DNA of 64,000 nt, from assembly GCA_027923505.1 (NCBI GenBank), contig BROI01000002.1, positions 2,480,001 through 2,544,000 of the forward strand, read 5' to 3'. The stretch's first letter is position 1. The number at the start of each line of letters is the position of its first letter. Both the position numbers and the translations under genes were made by a program. Below the pieces are notes generated by a model. That model was given only the letters and a program-made list of their open reading frames with translations. It searched no databases and was not told where the DNA came from. Shown here piece by piece: positions 1 to 11,178 of the stretch. This stretch comes from Mayamaea pseudoterrestris (Eukaryota).

Positions 1-1265
1 AACCGAATTCTTTGAAGATGGGAAATTGCGGAAAGGGTTGAATCGCAGGGATTTTGACTTTGAGCACCAGGAGGTTAAGCCTCGTCGTCCTTCACTTCCA
101 GTGACTTCGGCAGACTTTTTTGCGTCGCTTACCACCGTTGATGGACCGAATGGCAAAAGGTTCATCTTTTCGGGAGTATTAAACGGATGGCCAGCGCTGC
201 GAAACTTTGAAGTCATGGCGATTGAAGAGAGACGGAGTGGCTCAACCTTGGTTCCTACGACTGTTGAACTCATGTCGGACCATATTCAAAGCATGCTATG
301 GCGACGAGTCTGGGACACCACAGGACAAACTGGCCCTCCACGCCTTCCAAAGTCTCATGCTGTCTACAGAGCCAAGCTTCGCGGAGCTCCATGGACCAGT
401 CAAGGATGGTCGAAAGAATCGCCGGGTCTGGCCTTTTGGTATGAGACGTATCCTAAGGAACGTCTTACATTTGGAACGGACATGGTGAAAATTCTTGGCG
501 AAGAGAAGTGCACTCGCGTGCACATGGTTTCGCATCGCTACGCCGTCCAACGAGAGTCGCCAAGGGACCGTCTGACGTACCATTCCATTTGCTTCTTGGA
601 ATGGGAGCACGGACAGTATGGGACTGTCGTCGAAAATGCTTACTTGAATGGGCTGGGTGGCTACAAGGGTTTATGCAACTGGTACGACGACAAGGATGAC
701 CCAGGTCCGACGGGTATTTATAAGGCCATGCCAATGGAAATGATACAGCCATGGATGACGACCCGATCAGAGATTCGAATTATGGATGTCAAGTCAAAAA
801 GTTTGCCTGAGTTGCAGGCATACATCGCTAGGTATACGGGGTGCACGAAACGTTTTGTGGATCCCCAGTACACGTTTTCGCACGATGTACGCCTTACATT
901 CCGATCAAAGCGGCAGCTGTCTCAATACTTTATCAATTACATATCTCGAGACTCGACATACGCCGACCTTAAACGAAATTGTCAGACTTTCTCGGCGGAT
1001 CTCTGCGCCTTTTTGGCCGGCAAGCGTAACATTCCGCCTTTTCACCCAGTCAGCAGAATTGAGTACCAGCCAAAGATTCATTATTTTTTGTACGAGGTGA
1101 GCATATATTGCGCGTTTGCGCAAAAAAACCTTAAGTGATCTTAAAATAAAGGGCTCATACCAGCAACAATTTCATCACGCACAGTTTTCCATGTACCTAT
1201 CCCATGACGAGAAAAGGAAACGGAAGGAGCAGAGAGACCGACAGAAGTCGCGACTAAGTTTGTGA
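1..1265 (+). CDS. 5'-truncated uncharacterised protein, possibly with a permuted papain-like (PPPDE/LRAT-type) C-terminal domain; intron 1097-1184
   Basis: Long ORF 26-1138 whose frame is open from the window start. GAG|GTGAGC donor at 1097 and CAG acceptor at 1184 give an in-frame last exon FSMYLSHDEKRKRKEQRDRQKSRLSL* ending at 1265. Motifs 'TYHSICF' and 'YADLKRNCQTFSADL' resemble the H...NC core of permuted papain-like enzymes. Confidence 0.6.
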
Positions 1266-1368
1266 CGCGTTCGTAAGCAGTATGTTTTTTACGAAGCGTT
1301 TACGAACTAATGCTGCAGCATTTACGTGCAACAACAGCGGCTTACAACCTTTGATAACAATTCAGCTT

Positions 1369-2766
1369 TTACTCATACATTGCATCATCGTCATCATCAT
1401 CGTTGCCGCCACCGCCATTTCCACCGTTGCCATTGTTTCCTCCACCAGACTCACCGCCGCCGCTAAAGAACCCACCGTCTCCCATTGAGTCCATAAGCAA
1501 GTTGGCAGCCAAAGCCTCATTCTTGTCGCATGCCAAGAAGGCTTGCGCAGCTTCCGATCGATCGAAACCCATCTCCGTCAAACGATCAACTGCCGCCATT
1601 TCTTCCTCCGTCAAGTGTAGAACCGTTGCTCCTGCCGGGGCGCCACCGGCACCGCCATTACCACCACCCATCATGGCCATCATCATATCATCCATATCAT
1701 CTCCGCCTGCATCGCCACCCATAGCCTGCATCATGAACCGGTTCAACTGTTCCGGTGGAAGAGATCCAATCATTTGCGCCGTCTGACGAAGCTGTTCCGG
1801 CGAAATGCCCATCATTTGTGCCATCTGCGCAACCTCTTCTGTACCCATGGACTGAATCATTTGCGCCATTTGCGACGGAGCAGCCACGCCACCGGCAGCA
1901 GCATCCATACCCGCAGCTCCGACCCCACCGGATCCGGCCGATGAGCCAGAGGGAGCACCCGTCGCGACAGGTTCATTCATCATTTGCAAAAAGAGCGCCT
2001 GATTCGCATTAATCTCCGTCAAAAGCTCCGGCTGTTGCTGGCCAATTTGCGCGAGAACCTGTTGGAGCATGCCAGGATTATTCTGCACCACAGTGCGAAG
2101 CTGATTAAACTGCGGGTGACTCCGTAACGCTTGCAATGGCTGACCAGTACTCGCAGCCGCAGGTGACGCAACAGCAGGTTCGCCCATGGATGCTTGCTGG
2201 ACTCCCTCCGGAATGCCATTGGTCAAGAATTCCACAGCAACATCAGCATTTCCATCTGCCGCGCGAAGACAATGTCGGACTTCTGCTTCTGGGAACCCCA
2301 TTGCGGTGAGGGAGTCGACAGCTTCCTGTGGAACAGAGTCGCGCGCCGGAGCGGGCGGGGCAGCCGGTGAGGGTTGAGTGGACGCCGCCGGAGCAGGCGT
2401 CTTTGGTTCCTCGGCCGCCGCCGCCGTAGCTGCTGGAGCCTCTGGCACTGTAGCGGCGGCTGGTTTCTTTGTCTTGGCGACCATGACAACGAGAAAATCG
2501 TTAGGTTTAATCCCACACGACGCGATGCTGTCGCCCTCCTTGAGGACTTTGCCACTGTGAATGATCTTCATGCCCGCAGCCGGAAGCTCAGACTTCTCTG
2601 CTTCCTGTAAAAGTTTGAAAAATGTCAGGATGTCAACATACACAAGAAACAAACGAGCACGAAGGAAATAACGTACGATGAGTCCTTTCAATTCCTCAAC
2701 GGATTTACTCTCATCGACTTCAAGCTGGAATTTTTCTCCCTTGAGCGTCTTGATTGTCAACTTCAT
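1369..2766 (-). CDS. RAD23: UV excision repair protein RAD23 (UBL-UBA-STI1/XPC-binding-UBA); 72-nt in-frame intron 2605-2676
   Basis: N-terminal UBL (MKLTIKTLKG...IIHSGKVL), UBA1 (LTAMGFPE), XPC-binding region (LRSHPQFNQLR), UBA2 (RLTEMGFDRSEAAQAFLACDKNEALAANLL). Confidence 0.96.
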   Translation of the reverse strand: MKLTIKTLKGEKFQLEVDESKSVEELKGLIVRYFLRARLFLVYVDILTFFKLLQEAEKSELPAAGMKIIHSGKVLKEGDSIASCGIKPNDFLVVMVAKTKKPAAATVPEAPAATAAAAEEPKTPAPAASTQPSPAAPPAPARDSVPQEAVDSLTAMGFPEAEVRHCLRAADGNADVAVEFLTNGIPEGVQQASMGEPAVASPAAASTGQPLQALRSHPQFNQLRTVVQNNPGMLQQVLAQIGQQQPELLTEINANQALFLQMMNEPVATGAPSGSSAGSGGVGAAGMDAAAGGVAAPSQMAQMIQSMGTEEVAQMAQMMGISPEQLRQTAQMIGSLPPEQLNRFMMQAMGGDAGGDDMDDMMMAMMGGGNGGAGGAPAGATVLHLTEEEMAAVDRLTEMGFDRSEAAQAFLACDKNEALAANLLMDSMGDGGFFSGGGESGGGNNGNGGNGGGGNDDDDDDAMYE

Positions 2767-3095
2767 GATGAAAGTTTAGCTGATACAGACAAGGCTATCA
2801 ACTTCGAATGGAGCGTCGGGAAATAAACGGATCGTAACCGGAAAGCAAGTCTGCTTGTGTGAAGGATCCTTCGGTGGCGAACGATGCGACGAGAAGCCAT
2901 GCGTGGGCGGCGCGGTCAAAAGGATTGTCGCACCAAGACACATTTGGAGTCGCATCATCACTCATCGACAGCAATGAATGGGTCGAGTCGAAGAGAGCAC
3001 AACTTGTTCGGCAATTGATCCCGCTGCCCACCACACAAGGTGGATCTTAGCTATTGCCTAATGCTTCTTGTTGCGTAGTAATTTGAAGCCCACAC

Positions 3096-3437
3096 ATGAG
3101 TCAAGAAGTCCAAGTCGCAGACAACGTGCCAGCAGCACCTTCTCCTGCCGCTCTTTCCAATGAGACCGATAACAAGGTCAAGGTCCACTTTGTTGCAGTG
3201 GGCAGCGCTCCAATCATGAAAAAGACCAAGTTTCAGATAGCCTCGGATCAGCGCTTCTCCTCCGTCACTGCTTTTCTCCAGAAGATGCTCAAGCTGCCAT
3301 CCAGCAGTGCGTTGTTTCTTTACTGCAGTCAAGCATTCGTACCCGGTCCGGAGTCTCTTGTTGGTGATTTACGAGACTGTTTTGCGATAAGAGATGAGCT
3401 TGTAATCCATTATAGTCTACAAGAAGCTTGGGGGTGA
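3096..3437 (+). CDS. ATG12: Ubiquitin-like autophagy protein ATG12
   Basis: KVKVHFVAVGSAPIMKKTKFQI...LFLYC..AFVP...HYSLQEAWG, ending in the characteristic AWG. Confidence 0.95.
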   Translation: MSQEVQVADNVPAAPSPAALSNETDNKVKVHFVAVGSAPIMKKTKFQIASDQRFSSVTAFLQKMLKLPSSSALFLYCSQAFVPGPESLVGDLRDCFAIRDELVIHYSLQEAWG

Positions 3438-3580
3438 TGGGTGGAACTTACCGAAGTGCTCGCAGCGACGAGAACTGTAAGCACACAAGTTTATTCTATA
3501 TATACATAACATGATGCATACAAAATTTTCAAGTGTCCTGAATGACATTTCTCTGTAATCTACTAAGTGCGTCGCTTTTG

Positions 3581-4576
3581 TTACCTTCCACGACTACCAC
3601 CACGGCTCCTGCTGCTCGAGCCCGACGACGATGTCGACGAGTAGGATGCCGACGATGAGGTACTTGATGACGCTGACGATGAATGACTTTGTCGCCTACG
3701 AACATGTCGGTTTCGTCCAGGACTTGAACTGCGGCTCCGATGGCGTCGTCTCGATGCCTCGCCGCGGCGATCATCATGTCGATAGTCTCGTCGACGACGA
3801 TCGCTGTCATCATCACGCCGTCCTTCGCGATGGACGCGACTATCACCGCGACGTCGACTGTCATCGCGATGACTTGACGAGCCACGTGCCTCTGTTCGTA
3901 GTGGTGGTTGCGGCACTGGAATGCTTCGACCAAACTCGTCGCTCTTAGAATGTCCTTGGTCATTGAGTGGTACAGGAGCCTCATGGTGGTGGTCTCGTCC
4001 CACGTCGTCTCGTCGCCAATCGCCATCGTTGTAATGCCGAGGAGGACTGACAGGTCGAACCTGTGGTCGCTGCTGGTTATACTGATTAAATTGCCTCGGA
4101 GGAGCTGCATGCGGCGGACGAATAGGTGGAAGATGAACCTTTGCTGCGTCTGCCAGCTGCTGCTGTAGCTCGAGTTCCTTCTTCTTCTCTTCCACAATTT
4201 TGCGAGGAATACCCATGGCTTGCTCCTGTGCATCAAGCATTAACTGCCAAAGCTCTTCGGCAAAAGTAGCGCTTCCTTCTTCGCTCAAGAAACCTGCCAA
4301 GTCAAGCTGCGCCGTGCGTGGATCCACTGCAGGTTGCATAGATGAATCTTCCGGCGCCACTGGTAGAAACAGGTTGACGGCAGTAGATTGTACAATTTCA
4401 TCTTCAAAACCCAGAAGCTCGTCGATTTTATTCTCAATCCATTGCGTCAAAACTGGTCGATTTATCTTGGCGAGATCGACCCTCTGCGAGAAGCAAGCCG
4501 GAAATTTGGTACGCTTCAACGCCTTCTCCAGCGCTCGAGTTGACGAGACGGATGACGTTCCTTTGATGGATGGCAT
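3581..4576 (-). CDS. PWI-domain RS-rich splicing coactivator (SRRM1/SRm160-like)
   Basis: KFPACFSQRVDLAKINRPVLTQWIENKIDELLGFEDEIV...QLDLAGFL...FAEELWQLMLDAQ...GIP (PWI domain), then an Arg/Ser/Asp-rich tail. Confidence 0.88.
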   Translation of the reverse strand: MPSIKGTSSVSSTRALEKALKRTKFPACFSQRVDLAKINRPVLTQWIENKIDELLGFEDEIVQSTAVNLFLPVAPEDSSMQPAVDPRTAQLDLAGFLSEEGSATFAEELWQLMLDAQEQAMGIPRKIVEEKKKELELQQQLADAAKVHLPPIRPPHAAPPRQFNQYNQQRPQVRPVSPPRHYNDGDWRRDDVGRDHHHEAPVPLNDQGHSKSDEFGRSIPVPQPPLRTEARGSSSHRDDSRRRGDSRVHREGRRDDDSDRRRRDYRHDDRRGEASRRRHRSRSSSPGRNRHVRRRQSHSSSASSSTSSSASYSSTSSSGSSSRSRGGSRGR

Positions 4577-4804
4577 GATTATTCTCTATTAGGTCTGCTC
4601 AAATTGCCCGCATGCCCAACAACTCGGATTGTCGGCTGGCTGCGAGTGCATGAATGTGACGCGCGTCGCGAAAGAACGTCAAATCGATAGGTCATCCATC
4701 CAGTACCGGAGCGATCTCAGCTCATTGTTCCACCGCGCCGGCGCGGCGCCATATTCCATCCATTGCCATTAAAGATTGACCGATTCGCTTGCCATTTCTT
4801 CACC

Positions 4805-5524
4805 ATGGCATCCGAAGCTAACACATCAGCAGACAACGAGCTGCCTCCAGATCTCAAGCTCGAAGACATTTCAGATGGAATGAGCGAACGAGGGATACCA
4901 CGAGCCAAGTTCATTGACGATGTTGCAGCATTCGCCGCGTCCTTCGAGCCAGAAGCTTCAGCGGAACTTCTGATAGGCGCTTTTACGGATCTGCACTCCA
5001 AGTATAAGCAGCGAGAATATGCGTCTACTCAAAAGCGTAAGTCTTGTCAATCACTTTGTGGTCATATTGGGCACAGACTCGCATATTCTGATGTAAATCT
5101 CACCTTTACTAGCAATCGTTATTCATCGACTATAGAAAATCGCCTCAAGGAAAAGCTTCCGGAGCTCGAAAAATCATTGACACTCATAACATCTTTGCTA
5201 CAAAAGAAGAAGGACGGAGAAGTATCGGGTATGACTCGTTATTCCCTCACCGATGGGGTCTACGGTCGCGCACAAATTGACTATACGGTTGGCACGGTCA
5301 ATTTATGGCTGGGTGCCAATGTCATGCTAGAATATACTTACGAAGATGCCCTTGCCTTTTTGGAGAACAAGGTGGCGACGGCGCAGCGCGATCTGCAGGA
5401 TACGCTGGAGGATTTGGCGTTGGTTCGTGATCAAATCGTCACGACCGAAGTAAACATGTCTCGAGTCTACAATTGGGATGTGAAACGAAAGCGCGCTAGT
5501 AAAGACGTAGAATCTATATCATAA
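4805..5524 (+). CDS. PFDN3: Prefoldin subunit 3 (VBP1); 99-nt in-frame intron 5037-5135
   Basis: RGIPRAKFIDDV; VNLWLGANVMLEY; DQIVTTEVNMSRVYNWDVK. Confidence 0.93.
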   Translation: MASEANTSADNELPPDLKLEDISDGMSERGIPRAKFIDDVAAFAASFEPEASAELLIGAFTDLHSKYKQREYASTQKRKSCQSLCGHIGHRLAYSDVNLTFTSNRYSSTIENRLKEKLPELEKSLTLITSLLQKKKDGEVSGMTRYSLTDGVYGRAQIDYTVGTVNLWLGANVMLEYTYEDALAFLENKVATAQRDLQDTLEDLALVRDQIVTTEVNMSRVYNWDVKRKRASKDVESIS

Positions 5525-5577
5525 ATTAGCAATGTCTGGCTGCCCATGCTGTACTGTAAATGTATGTTTGCTCATTA

Positions 5578-6573
5578 TTACGCTAGCGGCTGCGTCAAAT
5601 TGGTGGAAAGCAACTTGTGATGCAACGTGGCCAGGACGAGCTCCGCCGTAAAGTGATGTTGTTCTCTTGATTCGGACTCAATTAACATCGGCTTGCCTCC
5701 CCAATGAAAGTATAGAGTTACAGGTAACTCTTCATCCAGCTTGGCTTGGGAACAAAATTGCAGCATGGCCTTGAACTCGCGAATTGGAAACACTAGCACC
5801 ACTTGTTCATTGACATTGGGAGGGAGCGAGTCATCATCGTCAATCACGCGTCCATCCCGGAAGAAGAACTCGTTAAAGTTGTCACATGTCATGCCCGTCT
5901 CCGTCTTGAGCAAGCTTGCGCTGTTGGCTTGCAGAATGGCATTGTTGTTATTGGCACCTTGCTCCGCGTCTTCGGCAACATTGTCGCAGTGATGAAACGA
6001 TGTGACGGAGACGACTTGACTATTTTTGTTGATAATCATGGCTGCTTCGGATGTTCGCTTGAGCGGCGATAAGAGCTGCGAAAACACCTTGGGCGATGCT
6101 ACAATCTCCGATCCATCCTCCTTGCTCACAACAGCCGTGACGGAATTCGCGTCCGCCGCCTTGATTCTATGAATGACCCGCAGCAAGGCATCTCGATTCT
6201 TTTGAATTTGAAACTCAAAGGTCACGTACAGAGCCGAAGACTCTGTTTCGCTGCATATGCGCAACGAAACAACATCCTTTCGTGGCCGCACAATGGCCGT
6301 CAGAGCCTTGAGAGCGACTCGACAAGAGAATCGTAGATCATCCTGCGTCATGGCAGTTCGCTTGCGTCTCAATGATGGAGGCGCAGTGCACCTTTCAAAG
6401 AATGCAGGCTCGAATCGAATGAGACTGTAGGCCGATTTGGCGTCGTTCAAAGCGCGCACGCTCAAGCCTTCCAGGGCATCGAACTCAAAATAGATTTCGT
6501 TGCCAATCTTGGAAAGACAGACAAGGGAAGCGCAGAAAGTGCGGATTGAGTGTGCGGGAATGACGCAATCCAT
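5578..6573 (-). CDS. RAD9: 9-1-1 checkpoint clamp subunit Rad9
   Basis: LSKIGNEIYFE...LSVRALNDAKSAYSLIRFEPAFF and FPIREFKAML.FC...LYFHWGGKPM...AELVLATL, typical of the Rad9/Ddc1 PCNA-like fold. Confidence 0.88.
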   Translation of the reverse strand: MDCVIPAHSIRTFCASLVCLSKIGNEIYFEFDALEGLSVRALNDAKSAYSLIRFEPAFFERCTAPPSLRRKRTAMTQDDLRFSCRVALKALTAIVRPRKDVVSLRICSETESSALYVTFEFQIQKNRDALLRVIHRIKAADANSVTAVVSKEDGSEIVASPKVFSQLLSPLKRTSEAAMIINKNSQVVSVTSFHHCDNVAEDAEQGANNNNAILQANSASLLKTETGMTCDNFNEFFFRDGRVIDDDDSLPPNVNEQVVLVFPIREFKAMLQFCSQAKLDEELPVTLYFHWGGKPMLIESESREQHHFTAELVLATLHHKLLSTNLTQPLA

Positions 6574-6859
6574 CGTGTTACTGCCAGTCAATGTAGCGAG
6601 GGTCTTGGCACAAGGCTGCAAAACGAACAACGAGTGGTGAAAGTGTCATGCGTTTTCGGATCCGTCATTGTCAAACAAGAATGAAGAAATGAATTCCCGT
6701 GTGACGCCATTCATCCGTTGACCATGAATTTCAACAATAGCCCCCCTTGTCGAGACGATGATCGACCATGGCGTCGCTAAAATAACGTGGCAGTTTCTTT
6801 CATTGACCTTCTCGCCGCATGATCCCACTGCTCCTACAAAATCGCCGTCCCTGTCAGAT

Positions 6860-9430
6860 ATGAAGTACCGACGAACAGGACCATATCATTGTCGAGCTGG
6901 GAAGGCGAAAGCATGCAGACTGTTATTCCTGCTGCTCGCACTTTCGTTTTGCTGGCATTTACATTTGACGCTGGCTGCCGCTGACGACGAAACAGCGGCT
7001 TTTGATTATGATGAAACCATCGTCGAGGATGAGGACGGCGAAGGTGAAGACTATTGGACAGCAACGGAGCTTCTTCGATACGAAGTCGGCATCGACTACA
7101 TGGCAATCCACGACGACGAATCACCCACGACTCCACTCCACCTCAATTCGAACGATGCTCATGAAGCAGCTCGACAAGTCATTAATATCATGACCACAAA
7201 TTTTCAAGAACGAATAGCCCGACTATTCACAAAAGCGAAGACACCAGAATGTCGCGCAAAGATTGCGGAACATTTCACATATTTTGTCAACGCCATTGGC
7301 AAGGAACAAGCACTACCATTTTCAGACGTTACCTTCCCAAACACTTGTCCAGAACCAGTCTATGACTGGGATAATCTACCAGAAGGCATGCATATTGGAA
7401 TGGTACAGAACCGATCCTATCAGCCACCCCGAAACAATGAAACGGAACACTTGTACATTGGCAACCCAAATGAATTGAAGTTACTATACGCAATCCTCAC
7501 ACACGACAGCCCAGAGTCCACCATTCGACTCATTGGGCAACTGTACGAACCGGGACATGTCTTTGTAATACACGTGGATGGGAAGGAAGGTAGCGATGAT
7601 ACATATCGTCGCCTGGTTGAGTATGCATCGACGCGCGAGTACGTGCACGTGTTAGGCGAGGAACGGAGGGTCCGGATCAACTGGGGAGGCTTCAGCATGG
7701 TAAATGCGACACTTCAAGTTTTAAAGTATGCCTTTGCAGTCGATGAGCCAGATCGAAAAGCTCTAGAATTTGACAAATTTTATCACGTGGCGTCGACGAG
7801 CTACCCACTTGCGTCCAACTCTGAGATTCGGCGCAAGCTAGCCTCCTTTCCACTTGACGCCAACTTTGTCTACACCATAATGAAGCAAACGAGACCTGCT
7901 CCATCCGTGTGGCACTACTTTGTGGAATGCGACGACGCACTCCACCGCATTCATCGACTGCCACCATTACAGAATGCAACACATGGTGTTGAAATGTACA
8001 CGTCTAGTCAGTGGTTCATTATAAGTCGAGAGTTTGCCGAACACTTGGCCAAGCCACCTCCAGGTAGCTTTGCTTATGAATATCTTGATTACATTGAGCA
8101 TGTGGTCGTGGCGGACGAAACATTCTTTGGAACGGTTCTTCGCCATTCAGAGTATTGTACCAAGCACCATAATAACAACTTTTTGCACCTGCAGTTCGAC
8201 AGATGGGAGAGTGATCTTCCAGCTGGTCAACGCGATGAACGAAAATGCATGATGCTCGATCCCAACCATTGTGGACGGTCGCCAACGACAATGACGATTG
8301 ATTATGTTGACATTTTGGAACTTAGTGATGAGCTGTTTGCTCGCAAGGTGAGTCGTAGTCGCAGTGTGCTCTTTCCGCTCGTTATTGGCAGTGGTGTTGG
8401 ACATGCTCTTACTCGGTGGATCGATAAATCCCGTTCCATGCCTTAGTTTGATGACTCTGCTCCAGACAATGCCAAAGTCAAGGACATCATTGATGAATGG
8501 CGATCCCGACACGATCAAGCGGCAACAAAGACAGCTAATTTTGACCGGTCACTGCACCAAGTACATGTAAATTTCGCCGGTCATGGCGTGTTGATAGTAG
8601 CAAAGGAAACGGTGAATGATGCGGTTCCACTTTGTCTCGGACTTGGATCCACTGGAAACAGACCAAAGCTAGTTCCTTGTTTTCACGATGCGGTCATTCC
8701 TTCGCTGGAAGAAGAGTGGGAGACTGGTGCGGTAATTCTGGAAGAAACTCCTTGGCACAACCGATGGAGCGTTGGTCCATGCACATCCGACGGATCATTG
8801 GAGCGACTGTCGAAACAGGCGATAATGAATGTTACAGCCGGCCTCTACAGCGCAACTGGGCCTCGCTGTCAGCTGAAGCAGGTGGACGGGCAGCGTAGTG
8901 GCCGCTGTTTCGACGCTGAATCTGGAAAGAGCCAGCCTGGCGGAAAGACGCAGGTCTTTCCATGTACCGACAAGTGGTATCAGTTTGTGGCATTTGGCGA
9001 CGGGGTTCGAGCGCCAGTGGGGAGCATGTACACGAAGGTTCCCTCGCACATTGTCAAGCAAATTAATAACTTGGGTAAACAGCAACACCAGTTTTTGTGC
9101 TTGGGTGTCGCTGGACGTGGTGCTCAGGACGAAGCTGACTGGGAGGCTATTGTCGATGGTGCTCAAACGGAAACAGTTGCAGCATCAGAAACGAATTCAT
9201 CAAGCGAACTTAAGCCACTCTCGGAGTGGCATGAGCGAGAAGTAATCACGACCCAGTGTACAAATACTGGAGCTGTGATCGAGTGGCTGTTTGTTCCGTT
9301 TATTGTTGAGGAGGAAGAAAGATTGGAAGCATCGCCGAGTGAAGGCGATGCTGACCTGATCAATGACTCGGAAAGCAACGGTGACGACACTACTTCAGTT
9401 TCAACCTTTGCAGGCTTGAATGAGCTATAG
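6860..9430 (+). CDS. Secretory-pathway GT14 glycosyltransferase (xylosyltransferase / core-2 I-branching family) with Cys-rich C-terminal extension; intron 8348-8446
   Basis: N-terminal hydrophobic segment; YAILTH, FVIHVDGK, WGGFSMVNATL, YPL, SSQWFIISREF, VADETFFGT. Splicing restores LFARK|FDD, and the frame continues through the 8588-9430 ORF. Confidence 0.88.
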
Positions 9431-9447
9431 TAGCTTTACAGTTGAGT

Positions 9448-10325
9448 CTAGCGCAACTGCCCAGAGTCTGCAATCTCAACTGGCACTCGTGTTTTTCCTG
9501 CATTACTTCCAACCTGCTCGATGGCGTTTAGAACGTCTTGACCGGAACACACCTTACCGAATCTGTCATATACGAACATATATACGTTAGAAAAATTAGA
9601 CTAATAACCCTTTAGACGTATAGATTGCTGGTGAATGTGCATTGCACTTACACGACATGTTTGTTGTCCAACCATCCAGCTTTTGCAAAGCATAAGAAGA
9701 ACTGCGAGGAGTTGGTGCCAGGGCCCGAGTTCGCCATGCTTAAAATGCCAGGGCCAGAATGCTTTAGCTTAAAGTTTTCGTCAGCGAACGCATCTCCATA
9801 TATCGATTCACCGCCAGTGCCGTCGCCTGTGAAAGAATGACGAGGGTAAGCGAAGCATAGAAGCGTGATTTGTTGAATGAATTCCCACTGCATCATTGAA
9901 TTTATCATCGACTCACCTCGCGTAATATCTCCGCCCTGGAAGCAAAAAGCACATGGTAAGCGAAGGATGTAATGCATCTTCTACGAAGATTGAGCATCAT
10001 TTAATTCGATCATTTAACAAGTCGGTCGTGTACCTGAGCCATAAAGCCTGGAATGACACGATGCATAATGGATCCCTTGTAATGCAAGAGCTTCCCGGAC
10101 TTGCCGATGCCCTGTTCGCCTGTGCATAAGCATCGAAAGTTCTGGATGATCAAATGGTTAGCAACAAGTGCAATAGATACTCTGAGCTTTGAGAACGACA
10201 TCAGAAACGTGGATACAAACCTCGGCAGTCTTTGGCACGACGTCTTGAAACAGCTCCATCTCAATCCGGCCTTTCGGACTGCCTCCAATTTTGATGTCAA
10301 AGAAGACAACAGGATTCTCACTCAT
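9448..10325 (-). CDS. Cyclophilin-type peptidyl-prolyl isomerase; 5 exons (introns 10142-10220, 9936-10033, 9827-9916, 9563-9651)
   Basis: Spliced product [15 protein letters not shown]...[15 protein letters not shown]...[35 protein letters not shown]...[15 protein letters not shown]...LDNKHVVFGKV. Confidence 0.95.
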
Positions 10326-10430
10326 GACGAGATTGCAGAGTTGAGCGAGACGAGGTGATTGTGAAGTCGCAAACGAAAAGAAAAATCTTCGCGTGTGACA
10401 AAGAGCAAGTACCGGTACGATATTTTTGAA

Positions 10431-10565
10431 AATCAAAGTTTTTGGCAGTACACTTTGGCGTACAGTGCCAATAACTGTGAAAATCAAAGTTTTTGGCAGT
10501 ACACTGTGGATCACAGTGTCAATAATCAAAGTTTTTGGCAGTACACTTTGGCGTACAGTGCCAAT
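10431..10565. repeat. Three near-tandem copies of a 42-bp unit (AATCAAAGTTTTTGGCAGTACACTTTGGCGTACAGTGCCAAT)
   Basis: Copies start at 10431, 10482 and 10524. Copies 1 and 3 are identical; copy 2 has the variant CACTGTGGATCACAGTG. Confidence 0.92.
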
Positions 10566-10696
10566 ATCCTTCGGTCGAGCCATGGCTTCTCAGCTACTTT
10601 AGACCTGGCCGATGCCGATGATGCAGTGTTAATCAGCTACTACGACCAACGATTGGCCTCCCAGGTCAAGGCGACGATCGAGCCCTTACCGTTGCA

Positions 10697-11178
10697 ATGA
10701 CTGTCAATGACGAAAATGGTGACTTGATGAATGCACAAGATGAGTTGGAGCCAGGCAAGATGCGAGTGGCTGAGATCAAGGTCGAAATGGAACTCCGAGA
10801 AATTGACTTTACGGATTGCTTTGACAAGGGATCACACATGACCCGCCTCGCAGAAGCGAGGGCAAATGGTAAGGCTAACAGACATACTTGAGAAGTTCAA
10901 CAAACAAAAGTTGGAAGAGACTTTCAAAGAAAAAATGATGCAAAAGCGACGAGGCGACGAACGAATAGTAGCTCGTGATGGAACCTTACCAGGTGGATTG
11001 ACGCCGGAAAAGGTAAAAAGTTTTCTTTTAATCGAGAAGTCATGGCCATGCTACAATCGACAAAGTTGCAGAAGGCAATGAAACTCATGGAACAAATGGA
11101 ACTGAAAGTGAAGGACGACCCAGAATTGCAAATGACGATTGAACAGCTTACAGTTAATGCAGTCTTAAAATCTCGCAA
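10697..11178 (+). pseudogene. Frameshifted remnant of a small helical protein (SAP-like segment plus STI1/HOP-like segment)
   Basis: Protein-like text is split over three frames: MRVAEIKVEMELREIDFTDCFDK...RLAEARANG / ILEKFNKQKLEETF...DGTLPGGLTPEK / EVMAMLQSTKLQKAMKLM...DPELQ. No usable GT-AG introns at the breaks (~10880, ~11025). Confidence 0.6.

Noticed and set aside
3529..4236. 235-aa alternative-frame ORF overlapping the PWI gene
   Set aside because: Shadow of a low-complexity Arg/Asp/Ser coding region.
10158..10700. ORFs 10158-10583 (-) and 10395-10700 (+) with repeated peptides
   Set aside because: Translations of the 42-bp DNA repeat; only the [10 protein letters not shown] part belongs to cyclophilin exon 1.
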